Below the pieces are notes generated by a model. That model was given only the letters and a program-made list of their open reading frames with translations, ran no database searches and was not told the origin of the DNA. DNA of 64,000 bases from positions 10,835 through 74,834 of IMG/VR virus record IMGVR_UViG_3300009597_000014, one strand, 5' to 3'. This document shows, piece by piece, positions 54,145 through 64,000 of this stretch; the first letter of the stretch is position 1, and every line of letters starts with the position of its first letter. Source of the DNA: a virus. The position numbers and the translations under genes were made by a program.

Positions 54145-57100
54145 ATGGCATATCAACCATTAGAAGATTTTATTACAACTGATGCTGATCGTTCCAGTCG
54201 TCGTATTCGAGATATGCCCTATGGTATGAAGCGGTTCTCTCTCAGAATTGAACCAGCAGAATTAATATTCCCAAAAACTAAAAAAGGTATGGCATCTGGT
54301 GCCCAGATTGTTGTGCTTTATAATATTGGTTATGATTCTCTGACAATTAATGGTGCTACTGTAACTGGAGATTTTCGTCTCCTGGCTCCTTTGGATGCTT
54401 ATCCAACTGAGATTCTTCCTGGAGAAAGTTATTCGATTCAGGTCACATATTGCCCTCAGACTACTGCTCCTGCACCTCATACTGGTGGTCTTTATATTCA
54501 GGTTCCTGAAACTGCTGAGGGGGAAGAGTTTGTTCCCCTTTCTGGTTCTAGTGATTTTAACCCTGCTGGTTCTTTTACTACTGATTTTATCATAGCTACT
54601 AATCAAGGGACAGGTACTCCAAATTATATTCAGGCTACAACTGAATATCCAGTACCATTTGCTAATGGTGATGTTTTAATTGGTGTTAATCTTCTAGCAG
54701 ATAATACTTCAAAAACTGTACAAATTGCTTTTAATAAAGATGCTCCTTTATTCGTAAAAAATAATTTAGGTGAAGATTTCGATATAGGAGATCTAGCTAA
54801 AGATAGCATGATTATCGGATATAAACTCGATAATACTTTTAGAGTATTTTTTGATAAAGAAACTGCTAGTATGTATGGTTTGTTAATGGCTCAGTATGAA
54901 GCCATTTCAAACATGATGATAACTAAAACACTTATTGGAGATATTGCTCCTATACCAACTTCGCATGGTCAATTTTGGTGGGAATCTGATAGTGGCAGTC
55001 TTTATATTTGTTACCAAGATGGGGATAGTTTGCAATGGGTAGAAATTTTTGGCCCTGCATTTATTACATCAATTAATGATAGTGTAGCTCGTGCTGAAGC
55101 TGCCGCTGCAGATGCTAAACTTTCTAGTGAAAAAGCTGCTGGATATGTTTCTGATGTTGTTGTTCAAGGTGAAGTACCAATTTTTTCAACTATTATTGGT
55201 ATGCCAGCAATTTTAGTTCCAGAAGATATGAGTTATATTTATATTGGTGGTTATTACGCTGTTGGTGATGGTGGGGGAGGTTATTATAAAAGAGTTACTA
55301 GTATGCCCGCACATAGGGGCAGGATCCAGACAGCTGGTGGAATATGGTGGGAATTGACTGGAGATTATGTCAAACCAGAAATGTTTGGTGCTATAGGTGA
55401 TGGCATTAGTGATGATACGACATCGCTCATTTCTGCCAGTGATGCTGGTGTTGGTATTAAAGCTGAATTGTTATTTACTCAAAAATATCTTGCAATTACA
55501 GATATAGCAATAACTCCTAGAATTCATTTTTCAGAGCACGGTGGACTGAAGGCGGCGTCCGGGATTGAGGTGTTGCTGAATGGTGGTTTCGAGGCCCCGC
55601 TGGAAGCCCACATCTTCGACATATCGGCTGGCGGTTTCATCTGGCCAATCAAGGCCAGCACGCTCACGCAATACCATTATGGCGCGATCAACGACATTGC
55701 GATCGACAGCACGGCAGCCTTGCAAGCGCTCATCGATGCCAATCTCTATAAAATGCAGTCGGATGCGATACGCTTCTTGCATGGCAGGCACCGTACTACC
55801 AAGCCGCTGATCATGAACTATTACTCGATCGGCTTTAGGGGCATCGATCTGGTGGGTGCCGGGACTGTATATGACAGCTCCACGCAAAATAACATTGGTA
55901 CATCAATCATTTCAGACCATTGGGAGTGCGCTCTTGAGATACAGGGCACGCGTTATATGGTCATTAAAAGCATGACGTTCTTCGGGCCATTTCAGCAGCA
56001 TATCGTCTATCAGAGGTTTGGTGGATACGGTTATCCTCTCCCGCCGCGCAGCGACCCGTATCCGCTTGAGAACTGGCTGCCGAAAACCAGCCAGACACCG
56101 GACAACCCGTTTTTCATAAACGCCGGGACGGACGCGCCAACAAGCGCACTCAGCCGGTTTGCGATGTGCGCCGCCGTCCATGTCGACCCGCGCAGCGGAC
56201 CTAAGCCGGTAGCCAACATCCTGCCGACGCCCGTGCGGTTCATGGCGTGGTCGGGCGATCTGGCGACAGCGTTCGAGAATGGCGACATCTATGACGGGCT
56301 GACCTTGGCGACCGGTGATAGGTTCCTCTACGTCGCGCCGTTGGACACTTTAGGCAATACCGGTCATCCCGGCAACGGCGTCTATGTCGTGCAGGCGACA
56401 GGTGCCGCCGTGCGCGCTACCGATCTGGATGCGACAGCCGAGTTCGTCAATGTGGTCGTATCGGTCACGGCGGGCACCCACGCTGGGACGCAATGGATAT
56501 GCGACACGGCGGCAGTTACGCTTGGCCCTATCTCGCCCATCCAGTTCCGCAAATATGACGGCAAGGTGGCCTACGACGACTACGCCTACCCGTCATGGGT
56601 GACCACGACACAATACAACAAGCCGTTTTCACAGAGCGTCGTTCTACAGGACTGTTTTATTTCCGGGTTCGGTGCAGCATTTGCCGTGCAGGGCTGTGAC
56701 GCGGACGGCAATGGCGACAATATGAAGATGCTGAACTGCGGAGCTTTCCGCAATGTGTATGGCTTCGTATGGGGGAACACACAGGCACGAGACACTGTCG
56801 CACGAGACGGTAATTTTGCATTTAATCGGGTAGCTTTTTCGACTGGTGTCGTAGGCAGGCAGAACGGAAAAACAACCTTAGCCATTGATAACTGCGCCAT
56901 AAATTTTGGCATGGATATTATCGACATCCTGAACGCCAATGTCGGGGGAGGTGTTGCACTGGTTAATTGCTACAGTGAAGGTATTAATCGGATTGGAAAT
57001 TGTTTTGCCAGTGGAACTACTAATGCGTCCCTTCTTATAAATGGCGGTATGTATGAGTTTGGTCATGCTTCTGCTTGGGGACGTAGGCCCGGCTATATCA

Positions 57101-58071
57101 TCAATGCAGGAAACTGCGGCATCAGCATAATTGGAGGCGTAACTTTTATGCATATGTACACGCCGCTGATTATCGCGGCGGATCCTCGGAACTGCCATGT
57201 CGAGATTACAATAGCACTTCCACTGTGGTTTACTGGAGTAGCTCTTCCTGCATCGATCCCGATACATGATGCAATCATGATACATTCAACGATGGACGTG
57301 ATGTTCCTCGACCCCAATCAGGGGCCATGGACGGGCAAGGGTTACAACGGTTCCAGTATATACAGCGTCACGACCGGCGGTACGCGTTCCGCCAAGCAAT
57401 TTGGTGCGCACGCGCTCTCCAGCGTCACCAACCCGATCCCGTTCTGCGCACGCACCGCAGGGGGAGACAGCAATAAAAGCAGTCACGGCATTCCGGTGGC
57501 GCTCGGTACTTACGCCTATCAGCGCACGTCTGGCGATGCCGTGCTTGTGTCGCACTCGCCGCAGACCGACGACACGTTGGTCATTACACTGAACGCAGCC
57601 GTATCGGCTGGCGACGCCATGCAGCGTGGGTGGGTTCCCGGCTCCATCGTCTATAATGCCCATGCCAAGAACCTTTATGTCGTGACCAGTCTCGTTGGCA
57701 CGACGATGACGCTTAGGCAGCTGAATAACATCGATCTGGCGACCAACACGACGACCAGCCCTTATGTGAATGGGCAGACGATATATTTCATACCGACCGG
57801 GCACTACACTCCCAATAGCGGCCTTGAACTGACCTACACGTCCGGCAGCCCAAATATGACATTCCAGCGATCTGACGGCGTCACGACTGACAATGCGCAG
57901 CTGCCTGTAGGAGCGGCCCGTGTAGCATGGGCGGCTGGTGATGCGATGACGCCGGTTACACAGGCCGGATCGATGATCACCGCGTCTGCCGCAGGGGCGA
58001 TCACCTTTTCAGGCAATGCCCGGCGTACCACGGTCGAGCGCGCCGAACTCTTCTACATCCCGAGGCCATAA
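54145..58071 (+). CDS. Large tailspike / depolymerase (Ig-like N-terminus, beta-helix)
   Basis: Ig/ASH-like N-terminus, GDGGGG, FGAIGDG.SDD, YGAINDIAIDSTAALQA. Confidence 0.75.
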   Translation: MAYQPLEDFITTDADRSSRRIRDMPYGMKRFSLRIEPAELIFPKTKKGMASGAQIVVLYNIGYDSLTINGATVTGDFRLLAPLDAYPTEILPGESYSIQVTYCPQTTAPAPHTGGLYIQVPETAEGEEFVPLSGSSDFNPAGSFTTDFIIATNQGTGTPNYIQATTEYPVPFANGDVLIGVNLLADNTSKTVQIAFNKDAPLFVKNNLGEDFDIGDLAKDSMIIGYKLDNTFRVFFDKETASMYGLLMAQYEAISNMMITKTLIGDIAPIPTSHGQFWWESDSGSLYICYQDGDSLQWVEIFGPAFITSINDSVARAEAAAADAKLSSEKAAGYVSDVVVQGEVPIFSTIIGMPAILVPEDMSYIYIGGYYAVGDGGGGYYKRVTSMPAHRGRIQTAGGIWWELTGDYVKPEMFGAIGDGISDDTTSLISASDAGVGIKAELLFTQKYLAITDIAITPRIHFSEHGGLKAASGIEVLLNGGFEAPLEAHIFDISAGGFIWPIKASTLTQYHYGAINDIAIDSTAALQALIDANLYKMQSDAIRFLHGRHRTTKPLIMNYYSIGFRGIDLVGAGTVYDSSTQNNIGTSIISDHWECALEIQGTRYMVIKSMTFFGPFQQHIVYQRFGGYGYPLPPRSDPYPLENWLPKTSQTPDNPFFINAGTDAPTSALSRFAMCAAVHVDPRSGPKPVANILPTPVRFMAWSGDLATAFENGDIYDGLTLATGDRFLYVAPLDTLGNTGHPGNGVYVVQATGAAVRATDLDATAEFVNVVVSVTAGTHAGTQWICDTAAVTLGPISPIQFRKYDGKVAYDDYAYPSWVTTTQYNKPFSQSVVLQDCFISGFGAAFAVQGCDADGNGDNMKMLNCGAFRNVYGFVWGNTQARDTVARDGNFAFNRVAFSTGVVGRQNGKTTLAIDNCAINFGMDIIDILNANVGGGVALVNCYSEGINRIGNCFASGTTNASLLINGGMYEFGHASAWGRRPGYIINAGNCGISIIGGVTFMHMYTPLIIAADPRNCHVEITIALPLWFTGVALPASIPIHDAIMIHSTMDVMFLDPNQGPWTGKGYNGSSIYSVTTGGTRSAKQFGAHALSSVTNPIPFCARTAGGDSNKSSHGIPVALGTYAYQRTSGDAVLVSHSPQTDDTLVITLNAAVSAGDAMQRGWVPGSIVYNAHAKNLYVVTSLVGTTMTLRQLNNIDLATNTTTSPYVNGQTIYFIPTGHYTPNSGLELTYTSGSPNMTFQRSDGVTTDNAQLPVGAARVAWAAGDAMTPVTQAGSMITASAAGAITFSGNARRTTVERAELFYIPRP

Positions 58072-58072
58072 A

Positions 58073-58795
58073 ATGGGTTATAATTTCCCCAATAATCCAG
58101 AAATTGGACAATTTTTTAAACCTGGTCCCGTATCGTATATATGGGATGGTTTTGTATGGAGATTATCTTCTACAGATGATTTAACAACCATCTTTATAGC
58201 TATTGATCCGCCTGGAAATGCATTTCATGGTAATATGTGGTGGAATAATGAAGATGCTGAACTTTATGTTTATTATGATGATGGCACATCTTCTCAATGG
58301 GTTCAGATATCTGGCGTTTATGTAACTGAAGGGCCTATTGGGCCTGTTGGTCCTACTGGACCTATTGGGCCTGTTTCAACAGTGCCCGGTCCAACTGGTC
58401 CAACTGGGCCGATTGGTATCTCCGGTGAAGGTTATTTACGCTGGGCATTAAGTGACGAGACTACCCCGATCGTCGTGGGAAATGCCAAGGTCACCGACCG
58501 GATGCCGAAGGCTTACACCGTGTCGGGCATCAGGGCGTCGCTGAACGTCGCGCAGGCGTCTGGCGCGCTGTTCACGGTCGATATGAAGTGGTGGAACGGC
58601 AGTACTTTTGTCACCTGTCTCTCGACGCTCATCACCTTCGATAATACCGAGACAACCTCTGTCTCCGCTGCGGCGCAGCCGGTGCTGTCGAAGACCAGCT
58701 TCGCCTCTGATGATCTGATCCGCTTCGATGTCACGCAGATTGGCAGCGGCAGCGCGACCGGCCTGAAGGTGACCCTGTTCGCGGTGCCGACATGA
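58073..58795 (+). CDS. Tail protein with short collagen-like repeat
   Basis: GPIGPVGPTGPIGP...GPTGPTGPIG; start reassigned to MGYNFP. Confidence 0.75.
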   Translation: MGYNFPNNPEIGQFFKPGPVSYIWDGFVWRLSSTDDLTTIFIAIDPPGNAFHGNMWWNNEDAELYVYYDDGTSSQWVQISGVYVTEGPIGPVGPTGPIGPVSTVPGPTGPTGPIGISGEGYLRWALSDETTPIVVGNAKVTDRMPKAYTVSGIRASLNVAQASGALFTVDMKWWNGSTFVTCLSTLITFDNTETTSVSAAAQPVLSKTSFASDDLIRFDVTQIGSGSATGLKVTLFAVPT

Positions 58796-60105
58796 CCATG
58801 CTCGTCCGCTCAAGCCGCTTCAGGGCGGGGGCCGACACGGCAATCGGGCTCTGGCTCGGTGACGAGCAGCGCGGGCTAGCGATCGACTTCCTGACGATGG
58901 AGGCGGTGGTCCGGGACGACGACGCGCCGGTTGGGAGCTTTTACGGCGCTCCGTCCGCGCTGCTGACCAACACCACGCCGCCGACCAAGATGCTCTTCAA
59001 CGCTGCTGGCGTGCTGACATCAGGCAGCAACATGCGCACCGACTATGACCCGATCACGCTCCAGCCGAAGGGCCTGGTGATCGAGGGTGTCGGCACTAAC
59101 ACGGCTATTCATTCGCAGAACTTCAGCGCGTGGGCACCAGCGGAGGTAACGGTTTCGTCAGACGTAGCAGTTGCGCCTGACGGGACGACAACCGCCGATA
59201 AGATAGTCGAGACAACGCTTGGTGGTTCTGTAAATCGTCTCCTTTATGGCAGCTTCACCGGGACAGCCGCTGCGTGGACGCTGTCTGTTTACGCTAAGGC
59301 TGCCGAACGGTCGTGGCTCTACCTCAGGCTGGACCTTGCCGGGCCGCTGGTCGGGGCTTTCTTCAATCTCTCGACTGGAGTTGTTGGGACTGTCGAGGCC
59401 GGGATAATCGCGACGATCCATCCAGCGGGTAATGGCTGGTACAGATGCTCAGTGACACGCACGCTGACGGCAGTTCTGTACTATTACGCCATAGCTGAAA
59501 CAACTGGCGACACTATTAAGGCGCATGTTGGTGATGGTGTATCAGGGCTATATATTTGGGGTGGACAGCTTGAGCTTGGAGGTATTCCAACTTCGTATAT
59601 TCCAACCACGACAGCTTCGGCAACCCGCGCCACGGACAACATCTTCCTGATCGGGGCATCACTGCCTGTAGTACCGGGTGTCGGCACCCTGCTTGTGGAA
59701 TTTCTGATCACTTACGGTAATCAGGCGAATTGCCCGGTCATGGAACTGACGCGTTCCGCATCAGGTGAGCAGAGCCGCGTTCACGCCTATGCCATTGCTA
59801 CTGGCAGCAACATGCAGGCTCTTATGAAAGATTCGACTGGTGCAACATCTGCAGGTATCACGTTTACTACCTTGCCCGTGGGCGTGGTCAGGCGCATCGC
59901 ACAGACATGGGCCGACAATGACTTCGCGGCTTCCGTTACTGGACGACCGCAGCAGACCGACACGTCAGGCACCGCGCCGACCACTCACGACAAGCTGTTT
60001 GTCCATGCGCACTATTTAGCCGCTGGTGGTCACAAGCATATTCGTAAAATTAAGTATCTACCTCGGCGTGTCACGAATGCCGAGTTAGAAGCGATGGTCG
60101 TTTAG
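58792..60105 (+). CDS. Fibre/spike protein with carbohydrate-binding-like domains
   Basis: GLVIEG..TN, APDGT.TAD, NGWYRCS, WG.QLE.G..PTSYIPT.....TRA.D. Confidence 0.75.
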   Translation: MTMLVRSSRFRAGADTAIGLWLGDEQRGLAIDFLTMEAVVRDDDAPVGSFYGAPSALLTNTTPPTKMLFNAAGVLTSGSNMRTDYDPITLQPKGLVIEGVGTNTAIHSQNFSAWAPAEVTVSSDVAVAPDGTTTADKIVETTLGGSVNRLLYGSFTGTAAAWTLSVYAKAAERSWLYLRLDLAGPLVGAFFNLSTGVVGTVEAGIIATIHPAGNGWYRCSVTRTLTAVLYYYAIAETTGDTIKAHVGDGVSGLYIWGGQLELGGIPTSYIPTTTASATRATDNIFLIGASLPVVPGVGTLLVEFLITYGNQANCPVMELTRSASGEQSRVHAYAIATGSNMQALMKDSTGATSAGITFTTLPVGVVRRIAQTWADNDFAASVTGRPQQTDTSGTAPTTHDKLFVHAHYLAAGGHKHIRKIKYLPRRVTNAELEAMVV

Positions 60106-60115
60106 GAGATTATTA

Positions 60116-61879
60116 ATGGCCTATAATTTTCCAGATTCTCCTTTTGCTGGTGATGTTTATTCACCATCAGCTGGACCAACTTGGGAATTTGGCGGGGGTG
60201 TATGGCGGCAGGCAGTACCATTAATACCGCCAGTAGCTGGAGCTTTCGTACTCGATGTCACAATGTATGGTGCGACTGGTGATGGTGTCACTGATGACCA
60301 GCCTGCCATTCAAGCTGCACTTGATGCTGCTGTAGGAAGATCATTGTTTTTTCCGCGTGGGGACTACTATGTCGCCCGTGCCTGTAACGTCAGATCGGGC
60401 ACAACGGTATTTGGTGAAGGCTATGGCTCTCGTATCATGTTACCGCTTGATGGCTGGGTGGTGAGCACTGGTGACACTTATGCTGCTTTGACTGTTGTCG
60501 GGACAGAATTGGAGGAGGTAGTTGGTGTCAGGATTACCAACCTGCGCTTCCGAGGACTAGAGTCGGGCGTCCCTGCTGCCCGCGCCTGTAAACCGATCTT
60601 TTGCTATTACACACGTTCTTTGAAGATCGACCATTGCTGGTTCGAGGACCACGCTTGGGAAGCTATTTGGGGAAGTGGCGGTGCAACCAATCGCGAGGTA
60701 CTGGTTGCCAACTGCTATTTCACACGCTGTGGTAAAAACCCTGAAGCTTTTGTCGGTCTGACCTGTATCCAGCCGAATGGGCGCGACGGCCTGATTATCG
60801 GCAACACGATGATAGATGTTGGCTGTGGCATCGGCAATGTCGGCTGGAATATGACCACGGTTGGTAATCTGATCGACGGCTGCACGCTTATCGGCATCAT
60901 GGTCGGCGATGGGCACGATCATTATAATCATATCATCAGTGGTAATTCCGTCCGTATCAGTGGTCTTAATCAGCCCGGTCTAGTACAAGGCATATTAATT
61001 AATGGTGGCAACCTTGCTTATGGTGGGCACGGGCAAGTGAATGTTACCGGAAACACGGTAAGGGTCGATGGCACGACCTACAGTAATGGAATTGGCATTA
61101 GGATGGATGGTGGGAGACATGCAAATATCGGTAATAATACCGTGGAAGTTATAGGACGTGGTACGGGCATTCTTGTTGATGGTATCCCCTCTGGAGCGAA
61201 AGCAGTTGTCCGGAATAATACCGTGCAGGGTATAAATCAAAGCGGCTTATCTTTTGGGATTACCGCAGTTGTGAGTACCGCTACTACGCTTACTATTCAT
61301 TCGATGGGTAATTATGTTTATGGCTTTACCCGTGCTCACAACTCTTACGCTTATGATTTTAGGACAGTTGGTACTGGGATAATGAAAGCCACCTCCAGCG
61401 GCGATCTTATGGAAGATGGCTACTATCGCATGAAGACCCTGCAATATTCGGGTGGAGAGCTGGATAACGTACCGATAACACTCAACAGCGACATGCTCAC
61501 CACGCATGACAGCTTCGACCTGGTGGCAAAAGTCGGGCTGCTGAGCTTCGGCCCGCGAGCGCCGCTCATCTACATTGCGGGTGGCGTGGTAGCGATAAAC
61601 ATAACTACGGCTAACCTGACGCTGCGGCGAACCCGCCTGCTTCTCGATACCGAGGGCACTGGTCCAACCGATGATCTCGACACGATCAACGGAACGCAGG
61701 ATGGCGATATCCTGATCATTGCGCCGAACGCCGACACACGCACGATTGTCGCCAAGGACGGCACGGGCAATCTCAGGCTGGCCGGCGACTTCGCGATGGA
61801 TCATACCAGCGACCGGTTGTTGTTGATCAGTGATGGTACATTACTTTATGAGCTTTCTCGTTCCGATAATGGAACATAA
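60116..61879 (+). CDS. Pectate-lyase-like beta-helix tailspike
   Basis: YGATGDGVTDD.PAIQAALDA..LFFPRG.Y, repeated I.GN.V; C-terminal DTEG..TDDLDTING module. Confidence 0.8.
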   Translation: MAYNFPDSPFAGDVYSPSAGPTWEFGGGVWRQAVPLIPPVAGAFVLDVTMYGATGDGVTDDQPAIQAALDAAVGRSLFFPRGDYYVARACNVRSGTTVFGEGYGSRIMLPLDGWVVSTGDTYAALTVVGTELEEVVGVRITNLRFRGLESGVPAARACKPIFCYYTRSLKIDHCWFEDHAWEAIWGSGGATNREVLVANCYFTRCGKNPEAFVGLTCIQPNGRDGLIIGNTMIDVGCGIGNVGWNMTTVGNLIDGCTLIGIMVGDGHDHYNHIISGNSVRISGLNQPGLVQGILINGGNLAYGGHGQVNVTGNTVRVDGTTYSNGIGIRMDGGRHANIGNNTVEVIGRGTGILVDGIPSGAKAVVRNNTVQGINQSGLSFGITAVVSTATTLTIHSMGNYVYGFTRAHNSYAYDFRTVGTGIMKATSSGDLMEDGYYRMKTLQYSGGELDNVPITLNSDMLTTHDSFDLVAKVGLLSFGPRAPLIYIAGGVVAINITTANLTLRRTRLLLDTEGTGPTDDLDTINGTQDGDILIIAPNADTRTIVAKDGTGNLRLAGDFAMDHTSDRLLLISDGTLLYELSRSDNGT

Positions 61880-61881
61880 AA

Positions 61882-62505
61882 ATGCCATTTAGTGGTTTCT
61901 CGGATCTTAATCCAAATTTCAGTGAAGCTCTGCAAGCAATGATGGCAGTGCGTCCTGGGATCATGATTGGATCCGGTTATCGTGATCCACAACGACAAGC
62001 TCAATTATTCGCGAATGCTATTAAAAAATATGGTTCAGTTGAAGCAGCACGACATTGGGTAGCACCACCTGGACACAGTCGTCATAATATGGGTTTAGCA
62101 GCAGATCTTCAGTTTGCCAGTGATGAGGATCGTGCATGGGCACATGCAAATGCTGAACAATATGGTCTGAATTTCAGATTGGGTCATGAACCTTGGCATA
62201 TTGAATTGGCAGGTGAAGGAAATCAAACTTTAGTTGCTAAAAATGATCAAACAGGTGCAACTATTCCTGTTTCTGATGGCCGGTCCCTTATATCTCCTCA
62301 ATTAACAACAGAAGATACACGATATCCTAGAACGCATGATACACCATTTACTATTAGTGGTGTTTCGCTTAATAATGCAGCTGCACAACAAGTAGGGGCT
62401 ATTGATCGCTATGCACCAATTGATTGGAATAGCCTTGCAACTTTAATGTCACCAAATCGTGCAGCAGCATCAGAACTTGTAAAGAAAATAAGAAGTTATG
62501 CATAA
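61882..62505 (+). CDS. M15 (VanY-like) peptidoglycan peptidase
   Basis: SGYR...Q, APPGHSRH..GLAAD, EPWH. Confidence 0.85.
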   Translation: MPFSGFSDLNPNFSEALQAMMAVRPGIMIGSGYRDPQRQAQLFANAIKKYGSVEAARHWVAPPGHSRHNMGLAADLQFASDEDRAWAHANAEQYGLNFRLGHEPWHIELAGEGNQTLVAKNDQTGATIPVSDGRSLISPQLTTEDTRYPRTHDTPFTISGVSLNNAAAQQVGAIDRYAPIDWNSLATLMSPNRAAASELVKKIRSYA

Positions 62506-62522
62506 TCGAAGTGGAATATTAG

Positions 62523-62954
62523 GTGAGCGATTGGCTCAATTATTTGAAGGGCCTGACTCTTCGTAATGTCGTGGTAATCCTTGCTCTTATGGCAGTGATT
62601 ATCCCTGGTTATTTCGTTTACAGGATTACGACCGATAAGGAATTTGCTAGTATGTTCTTCAGTACCTATTCGGAAGCCTCAATACCGGCAACCGACTGCT
62701 TCATGCGCATTGCCAGCGTGAGCGGGGGTACGGAAGATTTTCGTATTAGCAGGCCATTTGCTTATAGTGGGCGTGACCGCTGGGTCATTAGTATCGAAAC
62801 GCCCGATCAGCCGGATGCCAATCAGGCCGTTGCACTTTGCAACATGCTGGGAGCAATCATTGCCTATGCACGCGATCCGGATAATCATCCCAGTCCGGTT
62901 TTTCCTGGTGGTGACACAAAGATTTTTCCTCCGTCTACGATTCCGATCCGATAA
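62523..62954 (+). CDS. Membrane-anchored hypothetical protein
   Basis: N-terminal TM helix, GTG start. Confidence 0.6.
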   Translation: MSDWLNYLKGLTLRNVVVILALMAVIIPGYFVYRITTDKEFASMFFSTYSEASIPATDCFMRIASVSGGTEDFRISRPFAYSGRDRWVISIETPDQPDANQAVALCNMLGAIIAYARDPDNHPSPVFPGGDTKIFPPSTIPIR

Positions 62955-62957
62955 GGA

Positions 62958-63698
62958 GTGAATGTTATGCGAACAGCAGAACTTCAGTCACGCTTACGAG
63001 CACTTGGTTTGGACCCAGGACCATCAGATGGAATTTATGGACCACTCACAGAAGAAGCTGTTTTTGATTCCCTGGATCTGTGGGCACCCGACGTGCCTGA
63101 ACCGATTATTCCTGATGGAATCGTTCCGGATGAGTGGATGCCGGATTGTTCAATGGACAGAATAATCGTCCATTGGACAGCAGGTGCCTGGAAAGCCAAC
63201 AGTGACGATGTGGCTCATTACCATATTCTCGTTGAGGATGATGGCAGGCTAGTTCGTGGCAGCTATTCCATCAAGGATAATGTCAACACCAGTGATGGTC
63301 GTTATGCTGCCCACACTAAGAACTGCAACACTGGTTCAATCGGTATCTCCTGCTGCTCGATGGCAGGTGCGGTTGAGAACCCGTTCAATGCTGGCCAATA
63401 TCCCACGACTAAGACCCAGTGGGACACGATGTGTCAGGTAGCAGCTGAACTTTGCTCTCGTTATGCAATTTCTGTTAGTGATGAAACCGTTCTTTCTCAT
63501 GGAGAAGTACAAGTTAATTTGGGTATCGCACAATCAGGTAAATGGGATTATACCCGTCTTGCTTTTGACGCATCTGTTAAAGGCGCTAAGGCCTGTGGCG
63601 ATCGGTTGCGTGCAGATGTCAAGGAAAAACAGCAAGCTGTTATGAGTGTGATGTCTGTGGAAACAACTTCATCACCTGAACCAAATATTATACCTTAA
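62958..63698 (+). CDS. Endolysin: PG-binding domain + N-acetylmuramoyl-L-alanine amidase
   Basis: LQ.RL..LG.DPG..DG.YGP.T; IIVHWTAG, YH, AHT..CN.GSIGI, SH.E...GKWD. Confidence 0.88.
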   Translation: MNVMRTAELQSRLRALGLDPGPSDGIYGPLTEEAVFDSLDLWAPDVPEPIIPDGIVPDEWMPDCSMDRIIVHWTAGAWKANSDDVAHYHILVEDDGRLVRGSYSIKDNVNTSDGRYAAHTKNCNTGSIGISCCSMAGAVENPFNAGQYPTTKTQWDTMCQVAAELCSRYAISVSDETVLSHGEVQVNLGIAQSGKWDYTRLAFDASVKGAKACGDRLRADVKEKQQAVMSVMSVETTSSPEPNIIP

Positions 63699-63715
63699 TT
63701 ATAAGGAGTATAATA

Positions 63716-63889
63716 ATGTCCTTACAATTACTATTTTGGATTTTAATGTTGATCTGGCTAATTTTTGGATTAGCTTATAATGGTGGATATCTTGTAGGAC
63801 CGTATGGACCTTGGGGCAATACTATTTTGTTATTTATCTTGTTCCTGATTCTTGGCTGGCAGGTATTTGGTCAACCTATTCAGGGATGA
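63716..63889 (+). CDS. 57-aa two-TM membrane protein, holin candidate (not in ORF track)
   Basis: MSLQLLFWILMLIWLIFGL...LLFILFLILGWQVFGQPIQG; RBS AAGGAG; follows endolysin. Confidence 0.7.
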   Translation: MSLQLLFWILMLIWLIFGLAYNGGYLVGPYGPWGNTILLFILFLILGWQVFGQPIQG

Positions 63890-63895
63890 TAAGTA

Positions 63896-64000
63896 ATGTC
63901 TCTTACCACTATTCTCATTATTATATTGATTCTAATTCTGTTAGGTGGTCTTGGCCCATGGGCACCTGGAGGATATGGTTATGGATATGGGCATGGTAGC
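63896..64000 (+). CDS. DUF3309-like small membrane protein, 3'-truncated
   Basis: MSLTTILIIILILILLGGLGPW..GGYGYG. Confidence 0.6.
   Translation, partial: MSLTTILIIILILILLGGLGPWAPGGYGYGYGHGS

Noticed and set aside
51330-61879. Diversity-generating retroelement or invertible tail-fibre switch
   Set aside because: No reverse transcriptase, invertase or near-identical TR/VR pair seen.
63811-63999. 62-aa ORF from the track
   Set aside because: Out of frame with two better-supported membrane ORFs (63716-63889 and 63896 onward).

Overview
This window is most of the genome of an N4-like podophage (Schitoviridae-type), probably infecting an alphaproteobacterium (it encodes GcrA and a DUF3309-like protein). 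The assembly appears circularly permuted. The + strand carries late genes: an ejected lysozyme-domain protein and the 3,884-aa virion RNA polymerase (1-13.5 kb), then terminases, adaptor, five tail/spike proteins and lysis genes (48-64 kb). The - strand carries the early and middle genes (45.5 to 13.5 kb): gp1/gp2 homologues, two-subunit RNAP II, AAA/vWA pair, helicase, DNA polymerase A, nuclease, primase, ATPase, SSB and resolvase. The probable join of the genome ends lies near 45.5-45.7 kb. Highlights read from the sequence: (1) a 777-nt group I intron with an HNH-type ORF splitting RNAP II subunit 2 inside motif B; (2) a GC-rich chain of about 12 translationally coupled small genes (28.5-31.4 kb) whose otherwise different ORFs end in one shared ~25-nt RBS/stop/start junction, resembling a shuffleable cassette array; (3) three vRNAP hairpin promoters with a GCA triloop; (4) phage copies of host regulators (H-NS with an FtsZ-tail-like motif, GcrA) and candidate anti-defence proteins (NADAR, Acb2/Tad1-like); (5) a strongly over-represented heptamer GAACCAG/CTGGTTC. 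All family assignments come from motif recognition and synteny by eye; no database searches were run.
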